The position numbers and the translations under genes were made by a program. This document shows, piece after piece, positions 13,957 to 25,815 of a stretch of DNA of 64,000 nt (position 1 is the first letter of the stretch; every line of letters begins with the position of its first letter). This stretch comes from Octopus vulgaris (lineage: Eukaryota). The stretch is from contig OX597823.1 in assembly GCA_951406725.2 (NCBI GenBank), positions 50,282,001-50,346,000 of the forward strand. The letters run 5' to 3'. The notes beneath the pieces are model-generated. The model worked only from the letters and a program-made list of their open reading frames with translations. It was not told where the DNA came from and searched no databases.

Positions 13957-14661
13957 TTTATTCATTTAATGGGCCACAAGGGCCTTACACAAAAAGGAAG
14001 CTGCGGGCTGGACACACACATAATGATATGAATGACAAATGAAATGGTGAAAAATGAAGGCAACAAGCAACGCCCGCCGATTGCTGTTTACCCGAAGACA
14101 TTGTTCTTTTTAATGTTTCCTACTCAAGGCAACAAACCTCTTACACAGTTCAAAATCACATTTATGTGGCGATAAACTTCTTACATTTTTGCAATACAAA
14201 AATCATTTATGTGCCAATAAACCTCTTACACATTCAATAAAATACAATAAAACACAATAAAAGTGAGGCACCAAGCCTCTTACTTTTATTATCATTTACA
14301 TGCTTTCCTGTCCGACCAGGGCCCTCGCTTGTTTGAAGCACCAAGACAGTTCCAGGCTGGACCATTTTGCCATGTATCTAAAGGAGTCCTCGGGAAGGAA
14401 TTCACTATTCTGCACAGATCGGTTTCCCATATGACCTCCGCAGCTACCTGCGAAGGCCACTCAGGGTCCTCCGTGCATGACAGAATCCCCTCCCACCGGC
14501 CTTTCCTTTCAAACTTCTTGACAAAGTTTCGTAATGCCCCCCCACCTCCTTATGGAAGAGGACCAAAAATTGCTCCCCCAGTGGCACTACTCCCACTGAA
14601 GGTGTTTCGGGACACGCCAGCGGTGTGTCACAAACCGTCGGCAATGTCCCGTTTTTCTTTT
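13957..14661 (-). mobile_element. 5'-truncated LINE-like insertion (possibly L1/Tx1) inside a SINE head
   Basis: 17-bp TSD ttgcgaaacaagcttct at 13940 and 14662; the SINE continues on both sides; clade is uncertain. Confidence 0.65.
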
Positions 14662-14975
14662 TTGCGAAACAAGCTTCTAACTGCACACAGCCAAGCATGC
14701 ACCTATATATATATTTCTTTCACATAGTTCTATTTAAAAATAAAAAACTTCACCATCTTCTCTACAAATGTAATCCACTAAACAATATACTGCATTCTAA
14801 TTATACACGTCAGTATGTAACTATCCATACTGTGAAAGAGAGCTATTACAATGCATCAGTGAATAAATATATAAAACAAGAATTTCGGCGATACCAATAA
14901 TATATTCTAAAGAAGATTGTATTACTAAAAGAGAAAAAACGCTCTTGCTTTTTAAATGACAAGGACTAGAAAAAT

Positions 14976-15370
14976 AGGTGTAAGCGTGGCTGTGTGGTAA
15001 GAAATTTGCTTCCCAACCACATGGTTATGGGTTCAGTCCCACCGCATGAGACCTTGGGTGAATGTCTCCTATTTTAGCCTCGGGCTGTCCAAAGCCTTGT
15101 GAGTAGATTTGGTAGACGGAAACTGAAAGAAGCCCGCCGTTTATGCATATCTATGTGCGTTTGTGTATGTGCATGTGTGTGTGTGTCTGCCCCCCCCTCC
15201 CTCCATCGCCTGAAAACCAGTGTTGGTGTGTTTACGTCCCGATAACTCAGCTGTTCGGCAAAAGTGACTGGGCTTGAAAAAACGTCCTGGGGTCTAGTTA
15301 TTCAACTAAAAGTTCTTCAAGGTGGTGTCCCAGCATTGCCACAGTCTAATGACTGAAACATATAAAAGAT
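14976..15370 (+). mobile_element. SINE family A
   Basis: Head gtggctgtgtggtaag...gggttcagtccc; tail gactgaaaca. Confidence 0.85.
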
Positions 15371-18121
15371 ACAATTGAAGGGCTGTAGCCTTTATTCTTT
15401 CCTTCAAACATTTATCAGCCAGAGTGTATAATAGCATGATCTTAACATGTTCTGAGCTCTAGCGTTTAAATGATTTTCGTAATGGCCAAGGAAAATAACT
15501 ACGACATCCCAATCAATGTTTTCAATGTCAGTTTTTATTTTCTTCCCTAAATGTTTCGAAACATAACTCTTAATTTAACCACAAACATATTTAAAATGTT
15601 ACTAAGGATTTAAAACGTGAATGGCAAGTTGAACAATTTTTTAATTAATCAATCTTACTAATCGGTATAGAAATCATTTTCGTTTTTTCATTCATTATAT
15701 TGTATTTTATTACTACGATTATGTATTATTTGAACATAAAAATATTTTATGTCATATGCCACATATCCTATTAATCGGTGAAATGATAAACTGTCGCCTT
15801 CATTTCTTTCTGAAGATTTTCGCAAAGAAGATAATCAGTTTGGTTCATGATTTCAAGAATATTTCCCTAATTCATTAAGGAACTTGACTATCACGTAACA
15901 ATCAAATTTAATTCCATTTCTTAAAATAATTTAATTCCAAGTTGCTATATGTTATGTGATGTCAGCCCACATCACAGGATCTAATCGTTAAACTAAATAT
16001 TTTTTTTAGGAGAGGAAATGTAAGGTTTTTTTTTTTATAAAAGTTACCTGAAAACAAGGATGCACTCTTCACGGCAGAATGCCAAAATCTCGTTCACACG
16101 GCAAAATGCCTAAATACATTTTCCCATCAAGCTATAAAGGATATCATAAATTTTCCCATAAATCCATGAAGGATATCATAAATATCGGCTTTCGAATTTT
16201 GGAACAAAGCCGGCAATTTTGGGGAACGGATAAGTAGATTAAATTGACCCCCCAGAGTTCAATTGGTACTTACTTCATCGACCCCGAAAAAATGAAAGGC
16301 AAAGTCGACGTCGGCAAAATTTGAACTCAGAACGTAAAGACAGGCGAAATACCTCTAAGCATTTTGTTCAGTGATTCTGCCAGCTCGTCGCCTTAAAGAA
16401 TATCATAAATATCGGTTTCAAATTTTGGAACAAGGCCAGCAATTTCGGAGCAGGAGGCAAATCGATTACATCGACTTCAGTACTCAACTGGTATTTATTT
16501 TATCGACTCCGAAAGGAAGGAAGAAAAAGTCAACCTCGGCGGAATTTGAACTCAGAAATGCCAGCTCACCGCTCTCAGATTATCACATATATCAAAAGCT
16601 ATAAAAGTCAGGCTGTAAATTTTTTTTCTACGCTTATCAGTTAAACTTATATTCGTTTGAATTTCTTAATAATCATCTGTTCTTAAAATAATTCGTCTTC
16701 CGTTTGTGGTTCTTTAACTGATGTTGGCACACATCGCTGGATATAATAATTTTAGCAAACATTTGCTAATCTAATAATTTAAGATCCAATATGTTAGATT
16801 TTAACAACTGTTTCCTTCAAATAAAAACAAGTTTTTTTTTCCGTATACCTCTTTGTCCTCGTACCAATATAAAATATCTAAATATGTTTCACTTCTCATT
16901 GGCCTATTTGAAGATTTATTGCTTCACATTTTCCACCATCAACATAAGCTATATTGCTCTGAGGTGGCGTGTAGTTAAAAAAGCTTCCTTTCTAACCATG
17001 TGGTCTTGGGTTCAGTCCTACTTTTTTAGCACCTTAGTAACTGTCTCCTACTATAACCTCAGGCCAATCAAAGACTTGCGAGTGGAACAGGTAGACAATA
17101 TTTGAATATCACATCGACCCCAGTGTTCAAATGGTACTTGTTTCATCGACCCGGAAAGGCTGAAAGGCAAAGTCGACCTCAGCGGCTTTGAGTGGATTTG
17201 AGTGACGGAAACTGAAAGAAGCCCGTCGTATATATGTATATATATGTATGTGCGTGTATATGTTTGTGTGTCTGTGTTTGTCCCCCCCCCCAACATCGCT
17301 TGACAACCGATGCAGGTGTGCTTACGTCCCCGAAATCTAGGGGTTCGGCAAAAGAGACCGATAGAATAAGTACTAGGCTTCCAGAGAATAAGTCCTGGGG
17401 TCGATTTGCTCGACTAAAGGCGGTGCTCCAGTAAAAGAATAAATAGAGTAAACGAGTATCCGACATGTGTGCGGATTTATACATCTTTATATCAGTGACG
17501 TCTTTCACAAGCATCAAAAGTTACTTCCAATTGCTGCGTGCTAAGTGCCGTTAGCACTTAATATCACTGAATCTAACAACATAGATAAACTTCTACTAAT
17601 CTAATAATGATTTAAGATCCGATATGTTAAGAGATTTTAACAAGAGTATCCTTAAACTAATAATAGTTCTTTCTATATAGATGTATGTCCTTGTACCAAC
17701 GTAAAATATCTAAATATATTCTACTTCACATTGCACTGTTTAAAGATTGGTTGCTTCAGTATCACAACTACCAACGTCATCTCCTGTTATACCGTATTCT
17801 AATTATACATGCAATTTCTATCCTTCATTACGATAAATTGGTCATTGGACGGCCTCGTAACACTCCTTCGATGAATAATTATATAACGGCAGGAATTTCA
17901 TGAATATCAAAAGATATCCTGAAGAAAATTCTGAAATATTTAAATGGTAAAATTCCAAAATGTCGTGTTAAAATAACTCAGTGTGAAGTGGAATATATTT
18001 AGCTATCTTACATTAATTAATACAACGCAGTAGGTTTAAGGAAAGAACAGGTTATTGTCTTAACGAAATGCTTGTTAAAATCTCTTGGCGTGCCGTATCT
18101 TAAATCATTATATTAGCACAT

Positions 18122-18338
18122 ACTCTTTTCTCTTTTACTTGTTTCAGTCATTTGACTGCGGCCATGCTGGAGCACCGCCTTTAATCGAGCAACTCGATCC
18201 CGGGACTTATTCTTTTGTAAGCCCAGTACTTATTCTATCGGTCTCTCTTGCCGAACCGCTAAGTAACGGGGACATAAACACACCAGCATCGGTTGTCAAG
18301 CAATGCTAGGGGGACAAACACAGACACAAACACACACA

Positions 18339-18396
<58 letters not shown>

Positions 18397-18596
18397 TACG
18401 ACGGGCTATATACATATTTCCGTCTATACGACGGGCTTCTTTCGTAGTTTCCGTCTACCGACAAATCCACTCACAAGGCTTTGGTCGGCCCGAGGCTATA
18501 GTAGAAGACACTTGCCCAAGGTGCCACGCAGTGGACTGAACCCGGAACCATGTGGTTGGTAAACAAGCTACTTACCACACAGCCACTCCTGCGCCT
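18122..18596 (-). mobile_element. SINE family A with (TA)n
   Basis: Same head and tail as 1192-1610. Confidence 0.88.
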
Positions 18597-19069
18597 TACA
18601 TGTTTATTTTATGATGTAAGTGATGTATAGAAATATCGCTTATCGTACGAAAAGCTGGAAACACATTATTCTAAACGAATGAATAAAATTTGAATGATGA
18701 GTAATAAAAAAGTGAAACTCGCTATCTTCATTTCGTGTTCATATCGATCCTTCCCTATGGTCAGAAATGTTGGATAATGATCGTCTGACTGCAGTGTCTG
18801 GGGTTACGGATGATACTAATATCTGTAAATATTTTAGGGCGGCGAGCTGGCAGAATTGTTAGCACACTTGGCAAAATGCTTAGCAGCATTTCGTCCGTAT
18901 TTAAGTTCTGGGTTCAAATTCCGCCTTGGTCGACTTCACCTTTTATCCTTTCGGGGGGGGGGGGTCATGAAATAAGTACCATGTTAAACACTGGAGTCGA
19001 TGTAAACCTCTTAACCTCTTCCCCCGAACTTGCTGACCTTGAGTCAAAATTTGAAACTGATATTTGTAT

Positions 19070-19261
19070 ACTCTTTACTCTTTTACTTGTTTCAGTCATT
19101 TGACTGTGGCCATGCTGGAGCACCGCCTTTAGTCGAGCAAATCGACCCTAGGACTTATTCTTTGGAAGCCTAGTACTTATTCTATCGGTCTCTTTTGCCG
19201 AACTGCTAAGTTCCGGAGACGTAAACACACCAGCATCGGTTGTCAAGCGAGGTTGGGGAGA

Positions 19262-19355
<94 letters not shown>

Positions 19356-19497
19356 TGCGACAGATTCGCTCAAAAGGCTTTAGTCGACCCGAGGCTATAT
19401 TAGAAGACACTTGCCCAAGGTGCCACGCAGTGGGACTGAACCCGGAACCATGTGGTTCGTAAGCAAGCTACTTACCACATAGCCACTCCTACGCCTA
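19070..19497 (-). mobile_element. SINE family A with (CA)n(TA)n
   Basis: Same family; other copies near 2122, 13575, 16960, 29400, 45540, 48400, 50430, 51738, 59630, 63525. Confidence 0.88.
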
Positions 19498-20310
19498 TGT
19501 TTGCCTTTTTTTTGTTTTGCTTTTATGTTTATCAAGAGTTAGTGAGAGGATTGCCTTTTATCGTTACAATGTTTTATGGTTTGCAGGAAGGTTAACGACC
19601 CAGGCACAGCTGGTTATAATTAGTGATCAATCTACTATATTGTTGTATCTCAGGAGGGTCATTGCACCAATAATAAACACATGCACTGGTTTTATTTCCT
19701 TTGTTTTTTATTATATTATACGTCAACAAGTTAAACATTTAACCAATTAGCAAATCGATTGTTTGGTTAATCGTTCGGTTAATTAATCAATAGGCTTCGT
19801 TGGTCATAGTTGAGAGTGCATGTCATTAGTGGAGTCGCGAAGGGCGACCAATGGACTTTGATGAACCGAGCTAGTTGAGTGATTGACCGAATGATTAACC
19901 AATCAATCGATTAACTTAAATGGTTAACTAGCTGACTAATAACAATATTAAGGATAATGATGATAATGATAACTATGATATCAATAATAATGACGATAAC
20001 AATGATGATGATGACGACGATGACAACAACAACAACAACAATAATAATCCTTTCGACTATAGGCACAAGGCCTTAAGTTTGAGGGAGGGGACTAATCGAT
20101 ATATCGACCTCAGTGTTTCACTGGTACTTAATTTATCAACTCCGAAAGGATGAAAGGCAAAGTCGACCTCGGCTAACGATTCTGCAAGACTCGCCACCTT
20201 AATAATAATAATAATAATAATAATAATGATGATTATAAATGCCCTGATGCAGTACCAGACAGTGGCTCTCATGGCTTCTGATCTTAACTGATTGGAAGTG
20301 CTATCATGTA

Positions 20311-20692
20311 TCCGCTGTGTGAAAAGTCTGGCTGCATACACGTTAGCATATGTCAGGTGCATACAATTGACAACACAGTTAATTAAGATTTATTCAGTGA
20401 GTTCTGTTCAACACATGTTTACATGTGGAATTCGCAGAATCATTATTAACTTTAGTTTTGGCCGATAAAGTTGAATTGAAAAACCCTACAACGAGGCATG
20501 AATTGCACGAAGCAGTCTTGCAGTCTTGGGAAGAGTTATCTGAGCGAAAAATTCGTGGATGTATTCAACATCAAATTCGTGTTCGGCGTCAAATAGTTGA
20601 TTGCCGTGGTGGTAACAGATTCGTGTAATAAAATTTGTGTTTATTTTTGTTTCATAATATATATTTTTTCGGATGCAGCCAGACTTTTCTGG
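20311..20692 (+). mobile_element. Tc1-like deletion derivative nested in another repeat
   Basis: Inverted repeats gaaaagtctggctgcat / atgcagccagacttttc; ORF 20425-20628 resembles a Tc1 transposase C-terminus (ELHEAVLQSWEEL...IVDCRGG). Confidence 0.7.
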
Positions 20693-21203
20693 TATAAAAG
20701 ATGGGCTACAGCAAATATTCTGCCCAATACCACAGATTTGCTAGTCAGTTGTTTGACCTTAACCAGTTGACAATGTCCCGATTTGTGTATCTCTGATCAT
20801 GAGCAGAAGTAGTGGGGTGGGGGGGGGGGCATCATGGCCGTGTGTTGAAAGGAATTCTTGGAGATTTGGATGATTCACCTTTGGAAACATGGGTGGTTCA
20901 TTCAACATCCTTAAACAATCCTTGTTCAGAGACCTTTTGAGCGGGATGGGCTACTCGACCAGAAGAAAATTCCAACTGGGCCCCACCTGCAAGGTCGTGC
21001 GATGTTTACCTTGATATGACATCACCATGTTGCGCACATATGGTTGTGATGCATGTGCCTGGTGTGCCCTTATCAGACGGGTAGTGATGGGTATACTGGG
21101 CTTTCGTATATTTTACCCCAGTGTCACTTTGATGGCATGCACTCAACAACAACAACAACAACAATAATAATAATAATAATAATAATGATAATAATACTTA
21201 TCA

Positions 21204-21572
21204 CCAAGCTAACATGGCAGTCCAAGAAAATAGGACGAATGCTGCTGTTGATTAGGTCCAAGAGACCATCGCCTCTAGCTAGCTATGTGACATGCAAACC
21301 TGTGTCCATTATAACCTTCGAACAGGGGAGGTCAACAGCTTCCCCTTGCTGGTTTGACAGCCACAGACTAGTTTCGGGGTAGTTGCCCCTTATCAATGTG
21401 GAGTAGCCGAACCCTGCTGGCGTCGCTGCTGATAATCTGTTCGAAGGTTTATTTACCTAAATTCAGTGAAAAACATCCACTGGTTTTCAAAAATAGAAAT
21501 ATTAATATTCTAAATCTTTCTAAAGGAGACTACGGCCGCCAAGCTAACAGGGCAGTCCAGGAAAATAGGACG
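21204..21572 (-). mobile_element. Retrozyme-like / Penelope pLTR-like unit with 34-bp terminal direct repeats and an internal hammerhead
   Basis: ccaagctaaca(t/g)ggcagtcca(a/g)gaaaataggacg at 21204 and 21539 (period 335 bp), with the hammerhead between. Confidence 0.55.
21361..21401 (-). ncRNA. Minimal type I hammerhead ribozyme (U3-A8 core variant)
   Basis: Minus strand reads CCACA-UUGAUAA-GGGG-CAACUA-CCCC-GAAA-CUAG-UC-UGUGG: stem I, core, stem II, GAAA, palindromic stem III, GUC cleavage site. Confidence 0.75.
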
Positions 21573-22027
21573 TTAATTTTTGCTCCTGTCACCGCTTCAT
21601 ATTCCTGTAGTGAAATAGGTGAAACAGAACCAGTGCATGCGTTTATTGTTGGCATAATGACTCTCTAGAGATACAAAAAAAAAATCTGTTTTAACGCATG
21701 AGTTCACATCAAAAATCTTGCAAACCAAATACAACCTCCCCCCCCCCCCCAATCTAAGTAGAAACTATAATGTTGTTTCCTTTTGTTGTCCATGTGTCTA
21801 CGTGTCTGTGTTTTTAGTGAATGACCATTAAATATCTATGAATTTCCTTTAGAATAATAATTTATATATGTCTTTTATTTCATCATTTATTAAAGGATTG
21901 TTATGGAGGCCATTCAGTGACTATATTTTACCGCATGAACGATCACATTGTGTACACAATTAGAATGTGATTTAATGGTAATTGTTACACTGCTGGTGAC
22001 AGTGAAGCAATCGATATTGAAATAGAC

Positions 22028-22181
22028 CAGTCATAGGCAAACTGCGGCCCGCAGGATTTTTTAATGGGTCGCCAACGAAAAATTACTTTGAATTTGCTTT
22101 CGTTCTTTTAGCTGTGCAACCCGTTTGATAATGAACCATGTCTTAGGCAGCCTGTTTCTTGAAAACAGTTGTCCATACCTG
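22028..22181. mobile_element. hAT (Charlie-type) MITE
   Basis: CAG...CTG ends, gcggcccgc subterminal motif, 8-bp TSD aaatagac/aaatagat. Confidence 0.75.
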
Positions 22182-23799
22182 AAATAGATCAATGTGAAGT
22201 GAAATATAGATATCTTATAATTTGTATGAGGACACGTGGATGGCTACACAGCAAGAACCAAATATCTTAAGGAAACTTTGTTAAAAATCTACTAATATAT
22301 CTTATCTTAATTCATTAGAAGAGCAAGAGTTTATTTCTGCCGTCAGATTCAGCGATGTAAAGTAACATCACTTAACGTATGACAGGTAAAATAGAAAGGA
22401 ATTATTGTAAGAAATGAAACAAATCTCGAACGACGGGGGTGGAATGATTTGTAATGAATTTCAACCATATAATTCGAATCCTGAATCAAAAGCTGAGGTA
22501 CGAGAAGTTTACACAAAGATGAGGTTTCACGTTTATTTCGATTTCGATTAAACCTGAATGTCCTCACATATGCACTAACTATCCTTTCTAATTTTGAAGG
22601 CTAACAGTTTTGAGGAAAAGGGAAGTCGATCATTTGGCACCTTGGTAACTGTCTTCTATAACCTTAGGCCAACCAAAGACTTGTGAGCGGATCTGGTTGA
22701 CGATATTTCAATATCACATCGACCCCAGAGCTCAACTGGTACTTTTTTATCGACCTAGAAAGGATGAAAGGCAAAGTCGACCTCGGTGGTATTTTAACAA
22801 AGAACGCGAAGCCAGAAGAAATGAAACGCATCTGGCCATTTTGTTGGCGTGGTAACGATTTCTACCAGCTCACCACCTTAACCTTTTAGCATTCAGATTA
22901 TTCTGTCGAAACTAATACTCATTTATTCACATTGTTTTGAATTAATCGGGCTTTATGTTGTGACTTTTGGTATCTTGATGATGTGATTGTTTACATTTAG
23001 AATGACGTTGTAGGATGAGTATGAAAGGTCAGACTTGGCTGGTTTGAACGTAGAACAGGAAGAATATCTTGGCCTGATATGGTCGGTTTAAATGCTAAAG
23101 TGATCACAAGCACTGAATACAGTATCATAATTTGCTTCTTAATCTGACAAGTTTCAGTCGTCGAGCTTATTTTTTGGTAGATTTTTGTTGCTTACTTTTA
23201 ATCCTTCTTTGTCGTTTTTGTATTAATTGTTGCTGAATCGATTGTAATAATTTCAGTTAGACAACTATTTAAAATGTGGTATGCTAAAAAACGTACAAAC
23301 TTGATATTTCACATTTTTGTTCAAATTCGTATCTTTTAATATTAAAGATTTTCTGCGCCAGAAATGGATTTCTCTGCAGGACCTCTTGTATGAAGGTACT
23401 CAATAGGATACATAGCTCGTACATGTGAATGCCTTTGACGTCACAATAATAAAATGCTTTCCAACAATATATTTGAGCATGAAATGAAATGAGTTTCTTC
23501 TTTTGCTTTCATTGCAATTGATAAAAAAATATTAGTTTCATAATTTGTTTCTAGAAATACTTCCGTAAAAAAAAAATGATAGTGAAAAAGCATTACTAGA
23601 TAGTAATTCAAAACAAGGGAAGGGTTGCGGAAATATGTGTGATCGCAAGGGAAGATATGTGGCCGGAGAGTCTGAGGACCTCTCTTCTACAATAACAACG
23701 ACCGCATAATGTATATAATTAAAATATAACATTTATAGTAGTTGTAGTGTTAAACCAATGCATTAATATGAAATTAATTACATTTCGATATCTTGACGA

Positions 23800-24212
23800 A
23801 TACAAGCAGCCGAATACAAGTGTTCCTCTGAAGAATCTCTGGAGTAACGTTACTCAACAAGATGCTTAACTTGAAGATTAGGGAGTCTCTCCAAAGTCGG
23901 GTCACTACTTGTTCACACCGAGAGATCACGACTCCGGCACTATGGACATGTGATTAGAATGTCGCAAGTAGGAATTGCGAAACAGATTCTTCAAGCTGAG
24001 CTGACCGGCGGGAGACCCTAGGGGTAGACCAGGAAGGAGATGGTTGGTCAATATCCATAGCCTTAGTTTGTCCCGCTTGGGATCCAGCTAGAAAAATCTA
24101 ATGATAGTCATTTCCGATAGGGCCTCAATGAGGAGGTGCCTGAGTACTCTATTCTCACGACCCTACCTAGAGTAACGAGCAGAGAAGATGGATGGATGGA
24201 TGGACGGACGGA
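23800..24212 (+). mobile_element. RTE-like LINE 3' fragment
   Basis: RLRHYGHVIRM...GRPGRRW motif and (GATG)n tail; interrupts a local repeat copy. Confidence 0.75.
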
Positions 24213-24784
24213 CGTTAGTTCGGGACCTCAGATCTATAAATAATTAGATCGCAGGATTATTTTAAAGAAACGTTCGCTAAAATCCATATGTATCTCGTGT
24301 ATTAAATTCTTAAAAAATAGTTTTGTGATTAGATTATGTGGTGCATGCTAACATCACTTAACACATGCTAAACTGGAATGAAATTATTTTAAGAACTGGG
24401 ATAAAACTCGAGTGTTAGGTTTGATAGTTAATTTCATTAAGGAATTAAAAGAAAATTGTTTAAATCACGAACCATCTTCACCATGTGATATTCTCGAAAA
24501 GAAATCGTTTCAGCTTCACTAATTCTTCTAAAACGAAATCTTATAAAACGTTTTTTCAAAAATCTTACTTGCTTGTTTTTCTTTTCTGTTTTTATTTTTG
24601 GTTTGAGCTGAGTCATTTCGTAAAACGGTTTTAACAGAAGCTATTACAATTTCGATAAAACATATCAGAATATAGTATTCTGGGTTGCCAAAATTATGGA
24701 GTATAAAATAATGCACAAGATTTTAAGACTGAAATAATATATTCCGTCCATCTATCAACTGAGAATCACACTGATTCCTCAAAT

Positions 24785-25417
24785 ATCGATTTCAAATTTT
24801 GGCACAGTCAGCAATCTGGAGGGAAGAGTTAAGTCGATTACATCGACCCCAGTGCTCAACTAGTACTTATTTTATCGATCTCGAAATGATGCAAGGCAAA
24901 GTCAACCTCGGCGGAATTTGAACTCAGAACACTAAGACGGACGAAATGCCACTAAACATTTTGCCCGGCGAGCTAACGATCCTGCCAGCTCACTGCCTTT
25001 GATTACTCTAATATTCTTTTCTACTCAAGGCACAAGGCCTGAAATTTTGATGGAGGCGGGGGGCAGTCGATTAGATCAATCCCCAGTATGCAACTGGTAC
25101 TTAATTTATCGACCCTGAAAGGATGAAAGGCAAAGTCGACCTCGGCGGAATTTGAACTCAGAGCATAAAGACAGACGGAATACCTATTTCTTTACTGCCC
25201 ACGAGGGGCTACACATAGAAGGGACAAACAAGGACAGACAAACGGATTAAGTCGATTATATTGATCCCAGTGCGTAACTGGTACTTAATTTATCGACCCC
25301 GAAAGGATGAAAGGCAAAGTCGACCTCGGCGGAATTTGAACTCAGAACGTAACGGCAGACGAAATACCGATAAGCATTTCTCCCGGCGCGCTAACGTTTC
25401 TGCCAGCTCGCCGCCTT
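24785..25417 (-). mobile_element. Cluster of three SINE family B copies
   Basis: Repeated gaaaggatgaaaggcaaagtcgacctcggcggaatttgaactcag core; other copies near 1, 4290, 5965, 8150, 8380, 8763, 12810, 16185, 18836, 20048, 22715, 30413, 31383, 36578, 43990, 47290. Confidence 0.85.
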
Positions 25418-25639
25418 GTAAAGGGTGAAATGTAACAGTTTAGACATGTAATATCTCAAATTTACAGTCGTTTCTCTACTTCTGTTTTCATTATCTTTTA
25501 TCTCCCCGTCAGTCCTCAATGAACATACCTAACATTCAAAGGCCTTCCCACCGTGACCATTCCATCAGTTTGATGATGCAATAGACACTTACAAAAACTA
25601 ATGTAAAGTTAAATATATTTTGATATTTTATATTAATTC

Positions 25640-25815
25640 AAGAACAGATAACAGACAGACTCGTGAAGTTGCCGAGTGGTAGGGAACCCAGAGTTTGGAA
25701 AAGGTCACTTGGAAGGGCTCCACGACGATGGAAAGACGATTTGGTCAAACAATTTGAGTCAAGATGGAAAAGAATGGCGCAATCAAGACAAAATTGGAAG
25801 TGCATTGTGACCAGC
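25640..25815 (+). mobile_element. RTE-like LINE 3' fragment
   Basis: RSLGRAPRRWKDDLVK...WKRMAQSRQNW. Confidence 0.6.
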
